DNA of 64,000 nucleotides from Acidobacteriota bacterium. GTDB taxonomy: Bacteria > Acidobacteriota > UBA890 > WLXD01. A model generated the notes under the pieces. It ran no database searches and was not told the origin of the DNA. It saw nothing but the letters and a program-made list of their open reading frames with translations. Of the stretch, positions 39,131 to 47,105 are shown piece by piece. The DNA lies in NCBI GenBank assembly GCA_963666055.2, contig CAXWPH010000012.1:224001-288000 (forward strand), in the 5' to 3' direction. The position numbers and the translations under genes were made by a program. Position 1 is the stretch's first letter. The number at the start of each line of letters is the position of its first letter.

Positions 39131-39909
39131 CGCGTATAGATCCCGTCGGTATCGAGCTCCTCGCGGATCAGCCGTAACTCCTCGGCGGTGGGCGCAGGAG
39201 CTTCGCGCAGATCGTCAGCTACCTTCATCTCCCAGCCGGTCTTCTCGCGCACCTCGTCCAGCGACACGCCAGGGTGCAGCGAGGTGAGCTCCATCTCGCC
39301 GGTCTGCGCGTCGAAGCCATACTCGCCGAGATCGGTGATGACCACCTGCGGCCCGCTCCCGAGCCAGCCACGGGCGCGCTCGACCTCTGGATCGGGATTG
39401 TGTCCCGGCGAGGTCTGGAAGCTCAGCTGCTGCACGAACGAACGCCGTCTCTGCGGCATGATGATGAAGACGCGCCGGGCGTTGATGGCGATCTCACAAG
39501 CGCCTCCCGAGCCGGGCAGACGCACCTTGGGCTCCTCGTAGTCGCCAATGACGGTGCTGTTGAGGTTGCCGTAACGGTCGATTTGGGCCCCCTGCAGGAA
39601 GCCCACATCGATGAGGCCGGCCTGCAGGTAGAAGGCGAAGAGCTCGAACATGCTGGTCGCCGCCGTCGCCCCGGTGACCAGAGTCGGATCCCCGATCGAC
39701 AGCGGCAGCCGCGCCGGCGCGGCGCCGAACACGCCGGCCTCGTACACCATCTGGATATCGGGCGACACCGTACGCTTGGCGAGGTTCACCGCGATGTTCG
39801 GCATACCCACGCCCACAAAGCAAATCCTCTCTCCCTCGAGAGCGTGCGCCGAGCGCACGATCATCATCTCCTTGCGCGAGAAACCGAGCTCCGGCTGCGC
39901 GACGCTCAC
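39127..39909 (-). CDS. catJ: CoA-transferase beta subunit (3-oxoadipate/glutaconate type)
   Basis: 'VYEAG', 'LPLSIGD' and 'GAQIDRYGNLNSTVIGDY...RLPGSGGA'. Confidence 0.8.
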   Translation of the reverse strand: MSVAQPELGFSRKEMMIVRSAHALEGERICFVGVGMPNIAVNLAKRTVSPDIQMVYEAGVFGAAPARLPLSIGDPTLVTGATAATSMFELFAFYLQAGLIDVGFLQGAQIDRYGNLNSTVIGDYEEPKVRLPGSGGACEIAINARRVFIIMPQRRRSFVQQLSFQTSPGHNPDPEVERARGWLGSGPQVVITDLGEYGFDAQTGEMELTSLHPGVSLDEVREKTGWEMKVADDLREAPAPTAEELRLIREELDTDGIYTR

Positions 39910-40823
39910 GCGTACTCTCCGTAGTCAACCTCACCGGAAAGTGCGGGGCCTGTCGGGCGTAGGCGATCCCAGTAGGCGGCACCGAACTTCTCCACGTAGT
40001 CGGCATGGCACGACAGGTCGTAGACCCACTCCCGGAGCCAGGCGTCGAGGCTATCGGCGTGGCGCGCAATCGTGTCCCACTTCACGTAGAAATCATTGTC
40101 GCGATCGTAGTGACCTTGAACATAGGAGGGGTGACAGCCGAAAGGCTCGACCACGACCGCGTCTACCTTGATGCCAGGGATCACCGTGCGGTTGGGATCG
40201 CGACGTACCGTTTCCTCGCCAACCAGCTCCTCGACCACGAGGATGACGCGGTCAGCGCCAAATGCTGCCTCCTTCTGGCAACCGAGCAGGCCCCAGATCT
40301 GTGCGTTGCCCTCAGCGTCGGCACGCTGCGCGTGGATGATCGCGACGTCTGCGTTCAGCGGCGGCACGGCAGCGATCCGACCGCTGCCAAAGGGGTCGTC
40401 GAGCCAGCGGATCTGATCGTTCACCGACGGAATGTCGGACTCCTCGTACGAGCGCAGCGGCATGAACGGCAGGCGCGAGGCCCCTGCCATGTAGCGGCAC
40501 ACCATGCCGAAGTGGCTGTACTCCTCGATCTCGAGGGGCGCCGGGTCAGCCCTCTCTACACGACGGCGAATAGCATGCAGCGACCCGACGCCAGGGTTGC
40601 CTAACCACGAGAAAATCAGTTTGCTGGCCACACCGGCGGCGATCATCTGGTCGTAGGTCACATCGGGGGTCATGCGCGCCAGGGTCAGATCGCGCTTGCG
40701 CTGTCGGATGATCTCGTGCCCGGCCGCAAAACAGATGAGGTGGGTGAACCCCTCGATCGCCACCGTGTCGCTATCGCGCACGAGATCGCGCACGGCGTCC
40801 TGCATCGAAACCACCTTGCCCAC
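39906..40823 (-). CDS. catI: CoA-transferase alpha subunit (3-oxoadipate/glutaconate type)
   Basis: 'EGFTHLI..AAGHEIIRQ', 'RMTPD..YDQMI', 'GNPGVGSLH' and 'EYSH' match the CatI-type pattern. Confidence 0.8.
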   Translation of the reverse strand: MGKVVSMQDAVRDLVRDSDTVAIEGFTHLICFAAGHEIIRQRKRDLTLARMTPDVTYDQMIAAGVASKLIFSWLGNPGVGSLHAIRRRVERADPAPLEIEEYSHFGMVCRYMAGASRLPFMPLRSYEESDIPSVNDQIRWLDDPFGSGRIAAVPPLNADVAIIHAQRADAEGNAQIWGLLGCQKEAAFGADRVILVVEELVGEETVRRDPNRTVIPGIKVDAVVVEPFGCHPSYVQGHYDRDNDFYVKWDTIARHADSLDAWLREWVYDLSCHADYVEKFGAAYWDRLRPTGPALSGEVDYGEYA

Positions 40824-40831
40824 TGTCGCCC

Positions 40832-42172
40832 CTACCCGCCGACCGCGCCGAGGACCTCTTCGAACACCTCGAGACCCCGGTCGGCCTGCTGTCGCGTGAA
40901 GACCAGCGGTGGCGTGATGCGGATCACGTTGTCGCCGCAGCCCAGCATCAGCAAGCCGCGCTTGAAGGCCTCTTGTTCGATCCGGCCCATCACGTCATGG
41001 CTCGGGAACTCGACGCCGATCATCAGGCCCAGCCCGCGCAGATCGCGAATCACGTCGTGCTTCGACTGCAGCTGGCGCAGCCCGTCCATCAGATAGGCCC
41101 CGACCTCGGCGGCGTTCTGCTTGAGGCCGTTCTCGATCAGATCGATGCTGGCAAGCGCCGCCGCGCACGGCGTCGGCGATCCCCCGTAGGTGGAGCCGTG
41201 CGCACCGAACTCCCAGGACATCAGATCCTCGCGCGCGATCATCGCGCCCAGCGGCATGCCGCTGGCGATGCCCTTGCCCGACAGGACGATGTCGGGTTCG
41301 ACGCCGAAGTGCTGGATGGCCCAGGTCTTACCGGTACGGCCCATGCCCGACTGCACCTCGTCGGCCACCAGCAGGATGCCGTGCTGGTCGCACAGCCGCC
41401 GCAGCTCGGTGAGGAATTCCTGCGGCGGGAAGATGTAGCCGCCTTCGCCCTGCACCGGCTCGACGAAGATCGCCGCCACCTCGTCGGCTGCCAGGACGTG
41501 CTTGAAAAGCACCTTCTCGATGTAATCGATACTCGCGAGTCCATCATCGCCGGCGGCCAGGTCCAATCCCCAACCGTAGCCGTCGCCGTACGGGGCGTGG
41601 TAGACGCCGGGAAGCAGCGGTCCGAAGCGGCGGTGATACTTCGCTTTCGAGGCCGTCAACGACACGCTGCCGTACGAGCGACCGTGGAAGGCACCGTAGA
41701 ACGCAATCACGTTGTGCCTGCCGGTGGCGTAGCGTGCCAGCTTCAGGGCCGCCTCCACGGCCTCGGTACCCGAGTTGGTGAGGAAGGTGCGCGCCCGGCC
41801 CGAAAACGGCGAGATCTCGTCGAGCCGCTCGCAAACTTCAGCGTAGATTGGCAGGTAGAAGTCCGACGCCGAGTAGTGCAGCAACTCGGCAGCCTGCTTC
41901 TGGATCGCCTCGACCACTGCCGGGTGCGAATGGCCCGTGGCATTGACCGCGATGCCGGCGTTTAGGTCGAGAAACAGGTTGCCGTCGACGTCCTCGACCA
42001 CCGAGCCGCTCCCCCGTCGGGGGGCAAACGGATACGCTCGGGGCAGCGACGGCGACGTCACCCGCTGGTCACGCTCGATGATCGCCTGCGCCTTGGGGCC
42101 GGGCGGCGAGACGACGATCTGCGGAGCCGCTACTCCGGCGAGATCTGCGATGGAAAGCTCAGTGCTGCTCAT
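40832..42172 (-). CDS. Class III aminotransferase (GABA/ornithine aminotransferase-like)
   Basis: ATG 42172 overlaps the ALDH stop; 'PPGPKA', 'NSGTEAVE', 'FHGRS', 'EPVQGEGGY' and 'DEVQSGMGRTG'. Confidence 0.92.
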   Translation of the reverse strand: MSSTELSIADLAGVAAPQIVVSPPGPKAQAIIERDQRVTSPSLPRAYPFAPRRGSGSVVEDVDGNLFLDLNAGIAVNATGHSHPAVVEAIQKQAAELLHYSASDFYLPIYAEVCERLDEISPFSGRARTFLTNSGTEAVEAALKLARYATGRHNVIAFYGAFHGRSYGSVSLTASKAKYHRRFGPLLPGVYHAPYGDGYGWGLDLAAGDDGLASIDYIEKVLFKHVLAADEVAAIFVEPVQGEGGYIFPPQEFLTELRRLCDQHGILLVADEVQSGMGRTGKTWAIQHFGVEPDIVLSGKGIASGMPLGAMIAREDLMSWEFGAHGSTYGGSPTPCAAALASIDLIENGLKQNAAEVGAYLMDGLRQLQSKHDVIRDLRGLGLMIGVEFPSHDVMGRIEQEAFKRGLLMLGCGDNVIRITPPLVFTRQQADRGLEVFEEVLGAVGG

Positions 42173-43728
42173 CCGATCACCGTCCTGGATTGTTCGCGCA
42201 TGTACTGGAGCACGTAGTAGGGGCCACCCGCCGCCTTGCCCATCGTCCCGGAACCCTTCCAGCCGCCGAACGGCTGGGCGCCCGGCCACGCGCCGGTGGT
42301 GGCTCCGGAGGAACGATTGATGTAAATGACGCCGGCCTCGATCTCGTTGCAGAAGCGGTCGATCTCGGCCTGATCTTCGCTGAACAAACCCGCCGTGAGC
42401 CCGTATTCGGTGTCGTTGGCAAGCCCGATCGCCTCGTCGAGCGAGTCCACCGCATCGACCGCCACGAACGGCACGAACAGCTCGCGCTTCCACAGCCAAG
42501 AGTCCCGCGGCACGTGTACCACCGTCGGCTGCACGTAGGTGCCGCGCGCAAAATCACCGTCAGTAATTACCTCCCCGCCGGCGATCACCTCTCCCGTCCG
42601 TCTGGCCTCATCGGCAGCCTCCTCAAACGTGTCGACAGCCGCCTGGTTGATCACCGGTCCAAGAAACACACCCTGTTCAAGCGGGTTGCCGACCACCAGG
42701 GCCTCGGTCTTCTCCTTGAGCTTGGCGACGAACTCGTCGTACAGCTCACGCTCGACGTACACCCGCGAGTTCGCCGAGCACTTCTGGCCCTGAAGGCCGA
42801 ATGCACTGCGCCATACGCCGTCGGTAGCCTTGTCGAGATCGGCATGCTTGGTGACGATCGTCGGGTTCTTGCCGCCCATCTCGCAGATAGCCGGCTTGGG
42901 GTAGTCCCTCGCAAACTCCCTGTAGATCTTCATCCCGACTTCATAGGAGCCAGTAAACGTCAGGCCCTTTACATCCGGGTGGGTGGCGATGCCATCGCCG
43001 ACCACCTCACCTGACCCTGACAGCAACTGGAACGCGCCAGGTGGCATGCCGGCCTCGCGATAGGCCTCGTAGAGCATGTGTCCGGTCGCCGCCCCCTGCG
43101 AGGCGGGCTTGAACACCACCGTATTCCCGGCTGCCAGCGCCGCCGACGACGGCCCAGCCGCCAGCGCCATCGGAAAGTTAAAGGGGCTGATGACCCCCCA
43201 GACGCCATAGGGGCGCATGATGTCGTAGTAGTCGCCGGCCTCGCCTAGCGGCTGCATCGGCACCCTGAAGCCCTCGGCTTGGATCATCGCGTGGGTATTC
43301 CAGCGAATGAGGTCGGCCGACTCCTGCACGTCGCCGACCGCCTCGAGTCGGCTCTTCCCCACTTCCATCGCCATCAGCGCCGACATCATGTAGCGCTGTT
43401 CCTCGATGATCTTGGCGGCCCGGTCGAGGATCTCGGCGCGCTTCTGGTATCCCAGTGCGTCCCAGGCCAGCGCATAGTCCTTGGCGGCGGCGATGGCATC
43501 GCTTACGTCCTGCGGGGTCGCCCTGGCGAACTCGCCGAGCACGATGTCGGAGTCGATCGGGGACACCTCGGTGTGCCAGCCATCACCCTCGCGAGCTTCG
43601 CCGTTCACGTAGAACGGATGTCGCTGGCCGAGCCACGCCTTGGCGTCCTCGATGCCGCGCTCGTAGTCGGCGTGCATGTTCGGGTCGGCTGCGAGCGTCG
43701 CGTAGGTAACGCGGAATCCTTCGGCCAT
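42169..43728 (-). CDS. Aldehyde dehydrogenase of the 1-pyrroline-5-carboxylate dehydrogenase (RocA/PutA-like) branch
   Basis: 'ISPFNFP', 'EMGGKN', 'GQKCSA', 'YGLTAG' and 'YINR...TTGA..GAQPFGGWKGSG'. Confidence 0.9.
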   Translation of the reverse strand: MAEGFRVTYATLAADPNMHADYERGIEDAKAWLGQRHPFYVNGEAREGDGWHTEVSPIDSDIVLGEFARATPQDVSDAIAAAKDYALAWDALGYQKRAEILDRAAKIIEEQRYMMSALMAMEVGKSRLEAVGDVQESADLIRWNTHAMIQAEGFRVPMQPLGEAGDYYDIMRPYGVWGVISPFNFPMALAAGPSSAALAAGNTVVFKPASQGAATGHMLYEAYREAGMPPGAFQLLSGSGEVVGDGIATHPDVKGLTFTGSYEVGMKIYREFARDYPKPAICEMGGKNPTIVTKHADLDKATDGVWRSAFGLQGQKCSANSRVYVERELYDEFVAKLKEKTEALVVGNPLEQGVFLGPVINQAAVDTFEEAADEARRTGEVIAGGEVITDGDFARGTYVQPTVVHVPRDSWLWKRELFVPFVAVDAVDSLDEAIGLANDTEYGLTAGLFSEDQAEIDRFCNEIEAGVIYINRSSGATTGAWPGAQPFGGWKGSGTMGKAAGGPYYVLQYMREQSRTVIG

Positions 43729-44041
43729 CGAGGTCGCCTCTTGGTGGATCGCTATGGCGGATCGTCTCGTCCCGTCGCGTGATCGATCTCAGGCGGACAT
43801 CGTATTCCTGTCGCCAAGTCGCCGCATCCCGCTCGGCGCGGAGAATCGGTCAGCGGTTGCCCAAGCTCGCGGTGCGATGGGATGATAGATAAGTGGCCTC
43901 CACCTTTGCCGACGTCGTGACGGCGGCACGTGGACTCATATGGCGGCTAGGCTCATATCTCGACCCGCTCGCCGGTGACCTGCATGTGGTTCAACCTGAA
44001 CGTCCTTCACCAGCCCGACGTCGACGCCTGATGACGTGACC

Positions 44042-44061
44042 GCGCCCCCCTAGGGGGGCGC
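44042..44061. promoter_or_regulatory. Perfect 20-bp palindrome upstream of the kamA-like gene
   Basis: GCGCCCCCCTAGGGGGGCGC; function unknown. Confidence 0.4.
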
Positions 44062-44105
44062 CTGTTAGTCCCATCGGCCCCCAAGGTGAAGCAAGGATCC
44101 CAAGC

Positions 44106-45506
44106 ATGTCGTCCAGCACCCTGAAGACCACTGCAGTAGAAGGCGGCGACACCGCGCATCTCAAGGAACCCGTCGATGCGGCGGCGCTCGGCCATCGCGA
44201 TCTGGTTCGCGGCGAGTTCTGGCGCGATGTCCCGGCATACAGCGACGTCTCGGAGCCCCAGTTCCTCGACCACCTATGGCAGGCAAGGAACTCGATCACG
44301 ACCCCGAAGAAACTGCTGGCGGCGCTCAGCGGGCTGGTGAGCGACACGTTCATCGAGGACGTACGCAACGGCTTCGAGCGCTCGCCAATGAGCGTGCGGG
44401 TTTCTCCCTACCTTCTCAGCCTGATCAACTGGGAGGACCCTTACGAGGACCCGCTGCGCATCCAGTTCATCCCGGTCGGATCGCGGTTGTTGCCCGACCA
44501 TCCGAAGCTCGAGCTGGACTCGCTGCACGAGCAGGCCGATGCGCCGGTGCCCGGCCTGACGCACCGATACCCCGACAAGGCACTGTTTCTCGCTCTCGAT
44601 ACCTGTCCGGTGTACTGCCGATTCTGCACCCGAAGCTACGCGGTGGGCATCGACACCGAGGAAGTCGAGAAGGTCCAGCTCAAAGTCAACGCCGAGCGCT
44701 GGGATCTGATGTTCGAGTACGTGCGATCGCGACCTGAGCTCGAGGACATCGTCATCTCCGGTGGCGATGCCTACAACCTGCGTGCCGAGCAGATCCGCAC
44801 CATCGGCATAACGCTGCTGGAGATCGATCATACCCGCCGCATGCGATTCGCCACCAAAGGGCCGGCGGTGATGCCGCAGAAGCTGCTCACCGACCACGCC
44901 TGGGTCGCGGCGCTCACCGATGTGCACGAACGAGGGCGACAGCTAGGTAAGGAGGTGGTACTCCACACGCATTTCAACACCGGGCGCGAGATCACCGGCA
45001 TCACCCACGATGCGATGAACGTGCTGTTCGAGCGCGGCATGACGTCGCGCAACCAGAGCGTCATGCAGCGCGGGGTGAACGACAAGGTCACCACCATGCA
45101 GCGGCTGGTCAAACGGCTCAGCTACATCAACGTGCACCCCTACTACGTGTACATGCACGATCTGGTGAAGGGCGTCGAGGACCTACGCACCACCGTCGTC
45201 ACCGGCATCGCCGTGGAGAAGCACGTGCGTGGCGTGACGGCGGGATTCAACACCCCCACCGTGGTCGTCGACGCGCCCGGCGGCGGCGGTAAACGCGACA
45301 TCCACTCGTACGAGCACTACGACCCGGACACCGGCATCAGCGTCTACACGGCGCCGTCGGTCAAGCATGGGTACTTCCTGTATTTCGACCCCATCCCCAT
45401 GCTCCCCGTCGAGAGCCAGCGGCGCTGGTCTGACCCCGTCCAGCAGCGTCGGATGATCCGCGACGCCCTCGACGCGGCGAGCGCCAACCGGGGACAACAT
45501 GCGTAG
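44106..45506 (+). CDS. kamA: KamA-family radical SAM/PLP 2,3-aminomutase (lysine 2,3-aminomutase-like)
   Basis: 'LTHRYPDK', CPVYCRFC (CxxxCxxC), 'ISGGD', 'HFN' and 'DAPGGGGK' (PLP lysine). Confidence 0.9.
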   Translation: MSSSTLKTTAVEGGDTAHLKEPVDAAALGHRDLVRGEFWRDVPAYSDVSEPQFLDHLWQARNSITTPKKLLAALSGLVSDTFIEDVRNGFERSPMSVRVSPYLLSLINWEDPYEDPLRIQFIPVGSRLLPDHPKLELDSLHEQADAPVPGLTHRYPDKALFLALDTCPVYCRFCTRSYAVGIDTEEVEKVQLKVNAERWDLMFEYVRSRPELEDIVISGGDAYNLRAEQIRTIGITLLEIDHTRRMRFATKGPAVMPQKLLTDHAWVAALTDVHERGRQLGKEVVLHTHFNTGREITGITHDAMNVLFERGMTSRNQSVMQRGVNDKVTTMQRLVKRLSYINVHPYYVYMHDLVKGVEDLRTTVVTGIAVEKHVRGVTAGFNTPTVVVDAPGGGGKRDIHSYEHYDPDTGISVYTAPSVKHGYFLYFDPIPMLPVESQRRWSDPVQQRRMIRDALDAASANRGQHA

Positions 45507-46620
45507 GTCGGCGGACCAGCGCGGCCGCCTGCTGATGGCTGGTCTGTTGTCTTGTCTGGCGCTCGCCTGTGGTCCTACCCCCGTGGTCGAGACGCCGGCG
45601 TTGGAACCGTCGGCGCAGGTCGATGCCTTGTTCGCCCACTACACCGAGGGCATTCAGCCGGGCGCTGCGGTCATGGTCATCCGCGACGCAGAGGTAGTGC
45701 ACAGCGCAGGCTATGGCTATGCGGAGATCGGGCACAGGGTGCACATCGGCACCGACTCGACGTTCCGACTCGGTTCCTTCTCCAAGCAATTCACCGCCAT
45801 GGCGATCATGCTGCTGGCCGAGAGCGGTGACTTGGACTACGACGATCCGATCGCCCGTTACCTGCCCGAGCTGGCCCGCTACGGCGAGAACATCACGATT
45901 CGACACCTCCTGCACCACCAAGGCGGCCTGCCGGGGTACTACAGCGACATCGACACTTCGGCTGGGATGCCCTCCAACGCAGACGCGCTAGCTCAGCTAG
46001 CGAGCAAGGGCGAGCCGGTGTTCCCGCCGGGGGAGCGCTACGAGTACAGCAACCCCGGATACGACATGCTGGCCGTGGTGGTCGAGGCAGCTTCGGGGAT
46101 GAGTTTCGCCGACTTCATGCGTGAGCGTATCTTCGCTCCGCTGGGAATGGACGACTCCCTGATTCACGATCACACTGGCCCGCACATCGCCCGTCGCGTC
46201 GTCGGTTACGACCCGGACGGCGATGGGTACGTGGAGAACGACCAGCACCCACTCAACGGCATCGTCGGCTCGGGCAGCATGTTCTCCACCCTCGAGGACC
46301 TCTACAAATGGGACCAGGCACTCTACACAGGGGTGCTGGTGAGCAGCGCAACCCTGCGGGAAGCGTTCACGCCCGCGAAACTCAACAACGGAGAGGGCAC
46401 CGGCTACGGCTTCGGCTTCACGATCGGCGAGTACCGTGGCCACCAGCGCATCGCGCACGGTGGCAGCTGGGTGGGCTTCCGGACGCACATCGCACGACAT
46501 CCGGAGATCGGGCTGACGGTGATCCTGCTTTCGAACCGCGGCGACTTCGACAGCAGCGACTACGTCGACCCGGTGATCGATGCCTATCTGGGCGCTTACT
46601 CGACTCCGTCGGCCGAGTAG
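45499..46620 (+). CDS. Serine hydrolase of the beta-lactamase/D-aminopeptidase family, probable lipoprotein
   Basis: SFSK (SxxK), YSN, 'LLHHQGGL' and 'HGGSW'; LALAC lipobox. Confidence 0.9.
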   Translation: MRRSADQRGRLLMAGLLSCLALACGPTPVVETPALEPSAQVDALFAHYTEGIQPGAAVMVIRDAEVVHSAGYGYAEIGHRVHIGTDSTFRLGSFSKQFTAMAIMLLAESGDLDYDDPIARYLPELARYGENITIRHLLHHQGGLPGYYSDIDTSAGMPSNADALAQLASKGEPVFPPGERYEYSNPGYDMLAVVVEAASGMSFADFMRERIFAPLGMDDSLIHDHTGPHIARRVVGYDPDGDGYVENDQHPLNGIVGSGSMFSTLEDLYKWDQALYTGVLVSSATLREAFTPAKLNNGEGTGYGFGFTIGEYRGHQRIAHGGSWVGFRTHIARHPEIGLTVILLSNRGDFDSSDYVDPVIDAYLGAYSTPSAE

Positions 46621-47051
46621 ATCACGTAGATCTTGCTATAGCCCATTGTGTCCCAGGTGCCCTTCCATTCCTTCGGAATGGTCGCCGCTTCGCCGGCCTC
46701 GATCACCTGTACCGTGCCGTCCTCCGAGGTCAGCGTGACGCTGCCCTCGGTGAAGTACATGAACTCGTCGACACCATACGGCTGGTCGTCGTAGGTCCAG
46801 TGTCCCTCGGTGGCGCGATACATGCCGCTGACAAACTTCTTGTCGCTGCTCCGGTGCGTGATGAAATCGTGCGTCGTGCGATCGTTGCGCGTAGTCACCA
46901 CGATCTCCGGGTGATCGAAGATGGCCCCGGCGATCTCCGCCGCGGTCAACTCTGCCGGCCTGACAACATCCTCGCCGGCGACCGCCGTCGCCGCCAGCGC
47001 GCCGACGATCATCAATCCGATTGCCGCAATGCCGTATAGCGCTTGCTTCAT
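46596..47051 (-). CDS. Secreted cupin-domain protein (cupin_3/EutQ-like)
   Basis: Signal peptide; 'DEFMYFTEG...IEAGEAATIPKEWKGTW'. Confidence 0.85.
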   Translation of the reverse strand: MKQALYGIAAIGLMIVGALAATAVAGEDVVRPAELTAAEIAGAIFDHPEIVVTTRNDRTTHDFITHRSSDKKFVSGMYRATEGHWTYDDQPYGVDEFMYFTEGSVTLTSEDGTVQVIEAGEAATIPKEWKGTWDTMGYSKIYVIYSADGVE

Positions 47052-47105
47052 GGTTCCTGCTCCTTGGTTTCTGACCTGGTCGTTACGCGAGCGACCCCGA
47101 ACTGC

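Noticed and set aside
40832-42499. 555-aa version of the aminotransferase
   Set aside because: The extension overlaps the ALDH gene; the true start is ATG 42172 with an ATGA overlap.
43729-44105. Lysine riboswitch upstream of kamA
   Set aside because: The conserved L-box core was not recognisable by eye; an Rfam scan would be needed.
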